A stretch of DNA of 64,000 nucleotides. Source: the human T2T-CHM13v2.0 reference genome, Homo sapiens. The notes under the pieces are model-generated. The model was given only the letters and a program-made list of their open reading frames with translations, had not been told where the DNA came from and did no database searches. The translations under genes and the position numbers were made by a program. Location of the stretch: the NCBI RefSeq assembly GCF_009914755.1, contig NC_060948.1, one strand, 5' to 3'. Each line of letters begins with the position of its first letter. The stretch's first letter is position 1. Of the stretch, positions 1-12,185 are shown in pieces.

Positions 1-1629
1 ATGGAATGGAACGGAAGGGATTGAAATGGACTCGAATGGAATGGACTGCAATAAAAAGGATTCGAATGGAATGAAAAAGAATTGAATGGAATAGAACAGA
101 ATGGAATCAAATCGAATGAAATGGAATGGAATAGAAAGGAATGGAATGAAATGGAATGGAAAGGATTCGAATGGAATGCAATCGAATGGAATGCAATCGA
201 ATGGAATGGAATCGAACGGAATGGAATAAAATGGTAGAAAACTGGCAAGAAATGGAATCGAAATGAATGGAGTGTTATGGAACGGACTCAAAAGGAATTG
301 AATGTAGTAGAATGGAGTGGAGTGGACTCGAATATAATGGACTGGAATGGAATGGGAACGAATGGAATGGAATGGAAAGGAATGGAATCGAATGGAAAGG
401 AATCGAATGGAAGGAATGAAATTGAATCAACAGGAATGGAAGGGAGTAGAATAGAAGGTAATGGAATGGACTCGAATTGAATGGACACGAATGTTCAAAT
501 TAAATGGACTCGAATGGAATGGAAACGAAAGGAATGTCATCGAATGGAATTGAATCGAATGGAATGAAATTACATAGAATGGAGTGGAATCAAATGGAAT
601 TGAATCGAAAGGAAAGGAAGAGAATTGACTGAAATGAAATGGAATGGAATTGATTGGAAAGCAATGCAATGGAATAGAATGGAACGAAATTTCACGGAAT
701 GGAATCAAACTGAATGGAATCAAATCAATGGAATCTAATGAAATGGAATGGAAAGGAATTGAAAGGAGTAGATTGGATTGGATGGGATTGGAATGAAATG
801 TACTGGAAAGGACTCGAATTTCATGAAACGGAATGGAATGAATTAGAACGGAATGGACTCGAATGGAATGGAATGTCATGGAATGGCATCAAATGGAATG
901 GCATCAAATGGAATGGAATCGAATGCAATGGAATGCTATGGAATGGAATGGAATGCATTGGAATGGAATGTCCTCTAATGGAATGGATTCGAGTGGAATG
1001 GAATCGAATATAATGGAGTCGAATGAAATGGAATTGAAAATAATGGGACCGAATACAATGGAATATACTGGAATGTAATGTAATGAACTCGAATGTAATT
1101 GACTGGAATGGAATGTACATGAATGGAATGTAATCGAATGGAAAGTAATCCAATGGAATAGAATCTAATGCAATAAAATCGACTCAAATAGAGTAGAATG
1201 TAATGGAATGGAGTGCAGTGCAATGGAATGGAATGGAATGGAATGCAATGGAATGGAATGGAATGGGATGGAATGGTATGGAATGGATAGTAATGGACAG
1301 GAGTGAAATGGACTGGAAAAGAATGGACTCAAATTGAAAGGGCTCAAAAGGAATGGAGTCAAATGGAATGGTCTGGAATGGAATGAATACGAATGTAATG
1401 CAATCCAATAGAATGGAATCGAATGGTATGGAATATAAAGAAATGGAATCGAAGAGAATGGAAACAAATGGAATGGAATTGAATGGAATGGAATTGAATG
1501 GAATGGGAACGAATGGAGTGAAATTGTATGCAGTAGAAGAGAATAGAATGGAATGCAAGCGAAAGGAAAGGAATGGATTGGAATGGAATGGAATTCATTC
1601 GAATGGAAGGGAATGTAGTGTAATGGACA
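1..1629 (+). repeat. DYZ1 unit U0 (partial, diverged)
   Basis: Sequence upstream of the first GGCC landmark at 1630; colinear with the 3' half of other units; many private variants. Confidence 0.9.
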
Positions 1630-2004
1630 GGCCTGGAATAAAGTGGAATGCTACGGTCTCGAATGGAATAAAAATGTATGGAATGGAATGCAATGAGACG
1701 GAATCGAATGTCATAGAATGTAATGGAATGCAAAAAAATGGACTCCAAAATCATTGACTAGAAAGGCTGGGTGTCGAAAGGAATTGACTCCAATGGAATG
1801 GAATCGAATGGAGTGGAAGTGAATAGAATCGAACTGAATCGAATGGAATGGAATTGATAGGAACGGAATGGAAAGGAATGCAATGATTTGGCATGGAATG
1901 GAATCGAATGGCATCGAAAGGAATGGAATGGAATGCAATGGAATGGAATGTATTAGAATGTAATGAACTTTAATGGAATGTACTCGAATGGATTCGACTG
2001 GAAT

Positions 2005-2019
2005 GGAATGTTCTCGAAG
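2005..2019. promoter_or_regulatory. Perfect heat-shock element motif a (gGAAtgTTCtNGAAg); representative of 18 copies, 375 bp after the HaeIII site in the units measured
   Basis: Exact match to nGAAnnTTCnnGAAn (also 5514-5528, 12561-12575, etc.). Motif match only; binding is not shown by sequence. Confidence 0.55.
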
Positions 2020-3290
2020 TGAATGTACTCCAATGGAATGGATTCGAAAGGAATGGAATCTAATGGAATGGAATTAAATGGAAATGAATCAAATTGAATA
2101 GAACGGAATTGAATTGAATGGAATGGAATGCAATGGAATCTAATGAAACGGAAAGGAAAGGAATGGAATGGAATGGAATGGGCTGGAATGGAATGGAATC
2201 GAAACGAATGGAATGGAGTCGAACTGAAGAGACTGGAATGGAATGCACTGGAATGGAAGGGAGTGTAATGGAAGGTTCTCCAAAAAAATGGAATGGAAAG
2301 GAATGGAATTGAATGGAACGGAATAGATTCGAATGGAATTCAATGGAATGGAATGGACTAGAGTGAAATGGAATCGAACCACAAGGAATGGACAGGAACA
2401 GAATGTTCTCGAATTGAATGGAATCGTATGGAATGGCATCAAACGGAATGGAATGGACAGCCACGGAATGGAATGCACTCGAATGCAATGGAGTCGAAAC
2501 TAATGGACTGGAATAGAATGGACTCGACTGGTACGGACTCCAATGGAATGGAATCGAATGGAAGGGAATCGAACGGAATGGACTCAAAGGGAAAAGACTG
2601 CAATGGAAAGGTCTGGAATGGAATGGAAATTAATGGAATGGAATGAAATCGAATGAAATGGAGTCAAAAGGAATGGAATCGAATGGCAAGAAATCGAATG
2701 TAATGGAATCGCAAGGAATTGATGTGAACGGAAAGGAATGGAATGGAATCCAAAGGAATGGAATAGAATGGAATGGAATCGAATGGAAAGGACTCGAATG
2801 GAAATCACTCGAATAGAATGCAATTTAATAAAATAGGATCAAATGTAATGGAATGGAATGGAAAGGAATCGAAACGAAAGGAATGGAGACAGATGGAATG
2901 GAATGGAACAGAGAGCAATGGTATAGAATGGAATGGAATCATCTGGAATGGAATTGAATGGAATGGAATAATATGAAATGGAATGGAATGGAATGGAATG
3001 CCCTTGAATTAAATGGACTGGAATGGAATGGACTCGAAGAGAGTGGAATGGAAAGTGTTGAAATAGAATGGAATGGACTCGTTTGGAATGGTCTAGTATG
3101 CAATGCAATCGACTGGCAGGGAATCAAAAGGAATGTAATCGAATGGATTGGACTGGAATGCAATGGACGCGAATAGATTGGAAACGGAAAGCAAAGGAAT
3201 GGAATGGATAAGTATGGAACGGAATGGAAAGGAATGGAGTGGAATAGACTAGAGTGGAATGGAATGGACTGGAAAGCAATGGACTGGAAT

Positions 3291-3305
3291 GGAACTTTCT
3301 TGAAT
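3291..3305. promoter_or_regulatory. Perfect heat-shock element motif c (gGAActTTCttGAAt); representative of 18 copies
   Basis: Exact match to nGAAnnTTCnnGAAn, seen once in every unit. Confidence 0.55.
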
Positions 3306-5138
3306 GGACTGGAATCAAACGGAATGGAATGCAATGCAATCAAATGGCATGGAATAAAATAGAATGAAAGAGAATCAAATGGAATTGAATCGAATGGAAT
3401 CGAATGGATTGGAAAGGAATAGAATGGAATGGAATGGAATTGACTCAAATGGAATGGACTAGAATGGAATGCATTCAAATGGAAGGCAAAGGAATGGAAT
3501 CTATTGGAATGGACTGTAATGGAATGGAATGGAAGGGATTGGAATGGACTCGAATGGAATGGACTGCAATAGAAAGGATTCGAATGGAATGAAAAAGAAT
3601 TGAATGGAATAGAACAGAATGGAATCAAATCGAATGAAATGGAATAGAATAGAAAGGAATGGAATGAAATGGAATGGAAAGGATTCGAATGGAATGCAAT
3701 GGAATGGAATGGAATCGAACGGAATGGAATAAAATGGAAGAAAACTGGCAAGAAATGGAATCGAAATGAATGGAGTGTTATGGAACGGACTCAAAAGGAA
3801 TTGAATGTAATAGAATGGAGTGGAGTGGACTCGAATATAATGGACTGGAATGGAATGAAATCACATGGAATGGGAACGAATGGAATGGAATGGAAAGGAA
3901 TGGAATCGAATGGAAAGGAATCGAATGGAAGGGAATGAAATTGAATCAACAGGACTGGAAGGGAGGAGAATAGACGGTAATGGAATGGACTCGAATAGAA
4001 TGGACACGAATGCTCAAATTGAATGGACTCGAATGGAATGGAAACGAAAGGAATGTCATCGAATGGAATTGAATCGATTGGATTGAAATCACATAGAATG
4101 GAGTGGAATCAAATGGAATTGAATCGAAAGGAAAGGAAGCGAATGGACTGAAATGAAATGGAATGGAATTGAATGGAAATTAATGCAATGGAATAGAATA
4201 GAACGAAATTTCACGGAATGGAATCAAACTGAATGGAATCAAATCAATGGAATATAATCAAATGGAATGGAAAGGAATTGAATGGAGTAGATTGGATTGG
4301 ATGGGATTGGAATGAAATGTACTGGAAAGGACTCGAATTTCATGAAACGGAATGGAAAGAATTAGAACGGAATGGACTCGAATGGAATGGAATGTCATGG
4401 AATGGCATCAAATGGAATGGAATCGAATGCGATGGAATGCTATGGAATGGAATGGAATGCATTGGAATGGAATGCCCTCTAATGGAATGTATTCGAGTGG
4501 AATGGAATCGAATATAATGTAGTCTAATGAAATGGAATTGAAAGGAATGGGACCGAATACAATGGAATATACTGGAATGTAATGTAATGAACTCGAATGT
4601 AATTGACTGGAATAGAAAGTACATGAATGGAATGTAATCGAATGGAAAGCAATCCAATGGAATAGAATCTAATGCAATAAAATCGACTCAAATAGAGTAG
4701 AATGTAATGGAATGGAGTGCAGTGCAATGGAATGGAATGGAATGGAATGCAATGGAATGGAATGGAATGGAATGGGATGGAATGGTATGGAATGGATAGT
4801 AATGGACTGGAGTGAAATGGACTGGAAAAGAATGGACTCAAATTGAAAGGGCTCGAAAGGAATGGAGTCAAATGGAATGGTCTGGAATGGAATGAACACG
4901 AATGTAATACAATCCAATAGAATGGAATCGAATGGCATGATATATAAGGAAATGGAATCGAAGAGAATGGAAACAAATGGAATGGAATTGAAGGGAATGG
5001 AATTGAATGGAATGGGAACGAATGGAGTGAAATTGTATGCAGTAGAAGAGAATAGAATGGAATGCAAGCGAAAGGAAAGGAATGGATTGGAATGGAATGG
5101 AATTCATTGGAATGGAAGGGAATGTAGTGTAATGGACA

Positions 5139-8100
5139 GGCCTGGAATAAAGTGGAATGCTACGGTCTCGAATGGAATAAAAATGTATGGAATGGAATGC
5201 AATGAAACGGAATCGAATGTCATAGAATGTAATGGAATGCAAAAAAATTGACTCCAAAATCATTGACTAGAAAGGCTGGGTGTCGAAAGGAATTGACTCC
5301 AATGGAATGGAATCGAATGGAATGGAAGTGAATAGAATCGAACTAAATCGAATGGAATGGAATTGATAGGAACGGAATGGAAAGGAATGCAATGATTTGG
5401 CATGGAATGGAATCGAATGGCATCGAATGGAATGGAATAGAATGCAATGGAATGGAATGTATTAGAATGTAATGAACTTTAATGGAATGTACTCGAATGG
5501 ATTCGACTGGAATGGAATGTTCTTGAAGTGAATGGACTCCAATGGAATGGATTCGAAAGGAATGGAATCTAATGGAATGGAATTAAATGGAAATGAATCA
5601 AATTGAATAGAACGGAATTGAATTGAATGGAATCGAATGCAATGGAATCTAATGAAACGGAAAGGAAAGGAATGGAATGGATTGGAATGGAATGGGCTGG
5701 AATGGAATGGAATCGAAACGAATGGAATGGAATCGAACTGAAGAGACTGGAATGGAATGCACTGGAATGGAAGGGAATGTAATGGAAGGTTCTCGAAAAA
5801 AATAGAATCGAATGGAATGGAATTGAATGGAACGGAATAGAGTCGAATGGAATTGAATGGAATGGAATGGACTAGAGTGAAATGGAATCGAACCACAAGG
5901 AATGGACAGGAATAGAATGGTCTCGAATTGAATGGAATCGTATGGAATGGCATCAAACGGAATGGAATGGACAGCCACGGAATGGAATGCACTCGAATGC
6001 AATGGAGTCGAAACTAATGGACTGGAATAGAATGGACTCGACTGGTACGGACTCCAATGGAATGGAATCGAATGGAAGGGAATCGAACGGAATGGACTCA
6101 AAGGGAAAAGACTGCAATGGAAAGGTCTGGAATGGAATGGAAATTAATGGAATGGAATGAAATCGAATGAAATGGAGTCAAAAGGAATGGAATCGAATGG
6201 CAAGAAATCGAATGTAATGGAATCGCAAGGAATTGATGTGAACGGAAAGGAATGGAATGGAATCCAAAGGAATGGAATAGAATGGAATGGAATCGAATGG
6301 AAAGGACTCGAATGGAAATCACTCGAATAGAATGCAATTTAATAAAATAGGATCAAATGTAATGGAATGGAATGGAAAGGAATCGAAACGAAAGGAATGG
6401 AGACAGATGGAATGGAATGGAACAGAGAGCAATGGTATAGAATGGAATGGAATCATCTGGAATGGAATTGAATGGAATGGAATAATATGAAATGGAATGG
6501 AATGGAATGGAATGCCCTTGAATTAAATGGACTGGAATGGAATGGACTCGAACAGAGTGGAATGGAAAGTGTTGAAATAGAATGGAATGGACTCGTTTGG
6601 AATGGTCTAGTATGCAATGCAATCGACTGGCAGGGAATCAAAAGGAATGTAATCGAATGGATTGGACTGGAATGCAATGGACGCGAATAGATTGGAAACG
6701 GAAAGCAAAGGAATGGAATGGATAAGTATGGAACGGAATGGAAAGGAATGGAGTGGAATAGACTAGAGTGGAATGGAATGGACTCGAAAGCAATGGACTG
6801 GAATGGAACTTTCTTGAATGGACTGGAATCAAACGGAATGGAATGCAATGCAATCAAATGGCATGGAATAAAATAGAATGAAAGAGAATCAAATGGAATT
6901 GAATCGAATGGAATCGAATGGATTGGAAAGGAATAGAATGGAATGGAATGGAATTGACTCAAATGGAATGGACTAGAATGGAATGCATTCAAATGGAAGG
7001 CAAAGGAATGGAATCTATTGGAATGGACTGTAATGGAATGGAATGGAAGGGATTGGAATGGACTCGAATGGAATGGACTGCAATAGAAAGGATTCGAATG
7101 GAATGAAAAAGAATTGAATGGAATAGAACAGAATGGAATCAAATCGAATGAAATGGAATAGAATAGAAAGGAATGGAATGAAATGGAATGGAAAGGATTC
7201 GAATGGAATGCAATCGAATGGAATGGAATCGAACGGAATGGAATAAAATGGAAGAAAACTGGCAAGAAATGGAATCGAAATGAATGGAGTGTTATGGAAC
7301 GGACTCAAAAGGAATTGAATGTAATAGAATGGAGTGGAGTGGACTCGAATATAATGGACTGGAATGGAATGAAATCACATGGAATGGGAACGAATGGAAT
7401 GGAATGGAAAGGAATGGAATCGAATGGAAAGGAATCGAATGGAAGGGAATGAAATTGAATCAACAGGACTGGAAGGGAGGAGAATAGACGGTAATGGAAT
7501 GGACTCGAATAGAATGGACACGAATGCTCAAATTGAATGGACTCGAATGGAATGGAAACGAAAGGAATGTCATCGAATGGAATTGAATCGATTGGATTGA
7601 AATCACATAGAATGGAGTGGAATCAAATGGAATTGAATCGAAAGGAAAGGAAGCGAATGGACTGAAATGAAATGGAATGGAATTGAATGGAAATTAATGC
7701 AATGGAATAGAATAGAACGAAATTTCACGGAATGGAATCAAACTGAATGGAATCAAATCAATGGAATATAATCAAATGGAATGGAAAGGAATTGAATGGA
7801 GTAGATTGGATTGGATGGGATTGGAATGAAATGTACTGGAAAGGACTCGAATTTCATGAAACGGAATGGAAAGAATTAGAACGGAATGGACTCGAATGGA
7901 ATGGAATGTCATGGAATGGCATCAAATGGAATGGAATCGAATGCGATGGAATGCTATGGAATGGAATGGAATGCATTGGAATGGAATGCCCTCTAATGGA
8001 ATGTATTCGAGTGGAATGGAATCGAATACAATGTAGTCTAATGAAATGGAATTGAAAGGAATGGGACCGAATACAATGGAATATACTGGAATGTAATGTA

Positions 8101-8651
8101 ATGAACTCGAATGTAATTGACTGGAATAGAAAGTACATGAATGGAATGTAATCGAATGGAAAGCAATCCAATGGAATAGAATCTAATGCAATAAAATCGA
8201 CTCAAATAGAGTAGAATGTAAGGAATGGAGTGCAGTGCAATGGAATGGAATGGAATGGAATGCAATGGAATGGAATGGAATGGAATGGGATGGAATGGTA
8301 TGGAATGGATAGTAATGGACTGGAGTGAAATGGACTGGAAAAGAATGGACTCAAATTGAAAGGGCTCGAAAGGAATGGAGTCAAATGGAATGGTCTGGAA
8401 TGGAATGAACACGAATGTAATACAATCCAATAGAATGGAATCGAATGGCATGATATATAAGGAAATGGAATCGAAGAGAATGGAAACAAATGGAATGGAA
8501 TTGAAGGGAATGGAATTGAATGGAATGGGAACGAATGGAGTGAAATTGTATGCAGTAGAAGAGAATAGAATGGAATGCAAGCGAAAGGAAAGGAATGGAT
8601 TGGAATGGAATGGAATTCATTGGAATGGAAGGGAATGTAGTGTAATGGACA
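5139..8651 (+). repeat. DYZ1 unit U2 (3513 bp)
   Basis: GGCC landmarks at 5139 and 8652; 1-bp deletion near 8221. Confidence 0.93.
5784..5798. promoter_or_regulatory. Perfect heat-shock element motif b (gGAAggTTCtcGAAa); representative of 16 intact copies
   Basis: Exact match to nGAAnnTTCnnGAAn; disrupted in U1 (2281) and U8 (27011). Confidence 0.55.
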
Positions 8652-11600
8652 GGCCTGGAATAAAGTGGAATGCTACGGTCTCGAATGGAATAAAAATGTA
8701 TGGAATGGAATGCAATGAAACGGAATCGAATGTCATAGAATGTAATGGAATGCAAAAAAATGGACTCCAAAATCATTGACTGGAAAGGCTGGGTGTCGAA
8801 AGGAATTGACTCCAATGGAATGGAATCGAATGGAATGGAAGTGAATAGAATCGAACTAAATCGAATGGAATGGAATTGATAGGAACGGAATGGAAAGGAA
8901 TGCAATGATTTGGCATGGAATGCAATCGAATGGCATCGAATGGAATGGAATGGAATGCAATGGAATGGAATGTATTAGAATGTAATGAACTTTAATGGAA
9001 TGTACTCGAATGGATTCGACTGGAATGGAATGTTCTTGAAGTGAATGGACTCCAATGGAATGGATTCGAAAGGAATGGAATCTAATGGAATGGAATTAAA
9101 TGGAAATGAATCAAATTGAATAGAACGGAATTGAATTGAATGGAATCGAATGCAATGGAATCTAATGAAACGGAAAAGAAAGGAATGGAATGGATTGGAA
9201 TGGAATGGGCTGGAATGGAATGGAATCGAAACGAATGGAATGGAATCGAACTGAAGAGACTGGAATGGAATGCACTGGAATGGAAGGGAATGTAATGGAA
9301 GGTTCTCGAAAAAAATAGAATCGAAAGGAATGGAATTGAATGGAACGGAATAGAGTCGAATGGAATTGAATGGAATGGAATGGACTAGAGTGAAATGGAA
9401 TCGAACCACAAGGAATGGACAGGAATAGAATGGTCTCGAATTGAATGGAATCGTATGGAATGGCATCAAACGGAATGGAATGGACAGCCACGGAATGGAA
9501 TGCACTCGAATGCAATGGAGTCGAAACTAATGGACTGGAATAGAATGGACTCGACTGGTACGGACTCCAATGGAATGGAATCGAATGGAAGGGAATCGAA
9601 CGGAATGGACTCAAAGGGAAAAGACTGCAATGGAAAGGTCTGGAATGGAATGGAAATTAATGGAATGGAATGAAATCGAATGAAATGGAGTCAAAAGGAA
9701 TGGAATCGAATGGCAAGAAATCGAATGTAATGGAATCGCAAGGAATTGATGTGAACGGAAAGGAATGGAATGGAATCCAAAGGAATGGAATAGAATGGAA
9801 TCGAATCGAATGGAAAGGACTCGAATGGAAATCACTCGAATAGAATGCAATTTAATAAAATAGGATCAAATGTAATGGAATGGAATGGAAAGGAATCGAA
9901 ACGAAAGGAATGGAGACAGATGGAATGGAATGGAACAGAGAGCAATGGTATAGAATGGCATGGAATCATCTGGAATGGAATTGAATGTAATAGAATAATA
10001 TGAAATGGAATGGAATGGAATGGAATGCCCTTGAATTAAATGGACTGGAATGGAATGGACTCGAACAGAGTGGAATGGAAAGTGTTGAAATAGAATGGAA
10101 TGGACTCGTTTGGAATGGTCTAGTATGCAATGCAATCGACTGGCAGGGAATCAAAAGGAATGTAATCGAATGGATTGGACTGGAATGCAATGGACTCGAA
10201 TAGATTGGAAACGGAAAGCAAAGGAATGGAATGGAATAGTATGGAATGGAATGCAAAGGAATGGAGTGGAATAGACTAGAGTGGAATGGAATGGACTCGA
10301 AAGCAATGGACTGGAATGGAACTTTCTTGAATGGACTGGAATCAAACGGAATGGAATGCAATGCAATCAAATGGCATGGAATAAAATAGAATGAAAGAGA
10401 ATCAAATGGAATTGAATCGAATGGAATCGAATGGATTGGAAAGGAATAGAATGGAATGGAATGGAATTGACTCAAATGGAATGGACTAGAATGGAATGGA
10501 TTCGAATGGAAGGCAAAGGAATGGAATCTATTGGAATGGACTGTAATGGAATGGAATGGAAGGGATTGGAATGGACTCGAATGGAATGGACTGCAATAGA
10601 AAGGATTCGAATTGAATGAAAAAGAATTGAATGGAATAGAACAGAATGGAATCAAATCGAATGAAATGGAATGGAATAGAAAGGAATGGAATGAAATGGA
10701 ATGGAAAGGATTCGAATGGAATGCAATCGAATGGAATGGAATCGAACGGAATGGAATAAAATGGAAGAAAACTGGCAAGAAATGGAATCGAAATGAATGG
10801 AGTGTTATGGAACGGACTCAAAAGGAATTGAATGTAATAGAATGGAGTGGAGTGGACTCGAATATAATGGACTGGAATGGAATGAAATCACATGGAATGG
10901 GAACGAATGGAATGGAATGGAAAGGAATGGAATCGAATGGAAAGGAATCGAATGGAAGGGAATGCAATTGAATCAACAGGAATGGAAGGGAATAGAATAG
11001 ACGGTAATGGAATGGACTCGAATAGAATGGACACGAATGCTCAAATTGAATGGACTCGAATGGAATGGAAACGAAAGGAATGTCATCGAATGGAATTGAA
11101 TCGATTGGAATGAAATCGCATAGAATGGAGTGGAATCAAATGGAATTGAATCGAAAGGAAAGGAAGCGAATGGACTGAAATGGAATGGAATGGAATTGAA
11201 TGGAAAGTAATGCAATGGAATAGAATGGAACGAAATTTCACGGAATGGAATGAAACTGAATGGAATCAAATCAATGGAATCTAATCAAGTGGAATGGAAA
11301 GGAATTGAATGGAGTAGATTGGATTGGATGGGATTGGAATGAAATGTACTGGAAAGGACTCGAATTTCATGAAACGGAATGGAATGAATTGGAACGGAAT
11401 GGACTCGAATGGAATGGAATGTCATGGAATGGCATCAAATGGAATGGCATCAAATGGAATGGAATCGAATGCAATGGAATGCTATGGAATGGAATGGAAT
11501 GCATTGGAATGGAATGTCCTCTAATGGAATGGATTCGAGTGGAATGGAATCGAATATAATGGAGTCGAATGAAATGGAATTGAAAGGAATGGGATCGAAT

Positions 11601-12185
11601 ACAATGGAATATACTGGAATGTAACGTAATGAACTCGAATGTAATTGACTGGAATGGAATGTACATGAATGGAATGTAATAGAATGGAAAGTAATCCAAT
11701 GGAATAGAATCTAATGCAATAAAATCGACTCAGATAGAGTAGAATGTAATGGAATGGAGTGCAGTGCAATGGAATGGAATGCAATGGAATGGAATGGAAT
11801 GGAGTGGAATGGAATGGAATGGGATGGAATGGTGTGGAATGGATAGCAATGGACTGGAGTGAAATGGACTGGAAAGGAATGGACTCAAATTGAAAGGGCT
11901 CGAAAGGAATGGAGTCAAATGGAATGGTCTGGAATGGAATGAACACGAATGTAATGCAATCCAATAGAATGGAATCGAATGGCATGGAATATAAAGAAAT
12001 GGAATCGAAGAGAATGGAAACAAATGGAATGGAATTGAATGGAATGGAATTGAATGGAATGGGAAGGAATGGAGTGAAATTGTATGCAGTAGAAGAGAAT
12101 AGAATGGAATGCAAGCGAAAGGAAAGGAATGGATTGGAATGGAATGGAATTCATTGGAATGGAAGGGAATGTAGTGTAATGGACA
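8652..12185 (+). repeat. DYZ1 unit U3 (3534 bp)
   Basis: GGCC landmarks at 8652 and 12186. Confidence 0.93.

Larger units (their letters stand above)
1630..5138 (+). repeat. DYZ1 unit U1 (3509 bp, HaeIII to HaeIII)
   Basis: GGCC within ggacaggcctggaataaagtgg at 1630 and 5139. Confidence 0.93.

Noticed and set aside
815-830. Further HSE-like motifs gaatttcatgaa and gaaatttcacgga
   Set aside because: The first has wrong GAA-TTC spacing and the second an imperfect third unit; neither was counted among the perfect elements.
1625-1780. Higher-complexity islands (ggacaggcctggaataaagtggaatgctacggtctcg, aaaggctgggtgtcg) as inserted element fragments
   Set aside because: They remain in pentamer register, lack target-site duplications and recur in every unit, so they are diverged pentamers.
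2821-2840. AATAAA polyadenylation-like and AT-rich signals (caatttaataaaatagg and several ggaataaaa per unit)
   Set aside because: They are easily produced from GGAAT by G>A changes, with no GU-rich downstream element or transcript evidence in the sequence.
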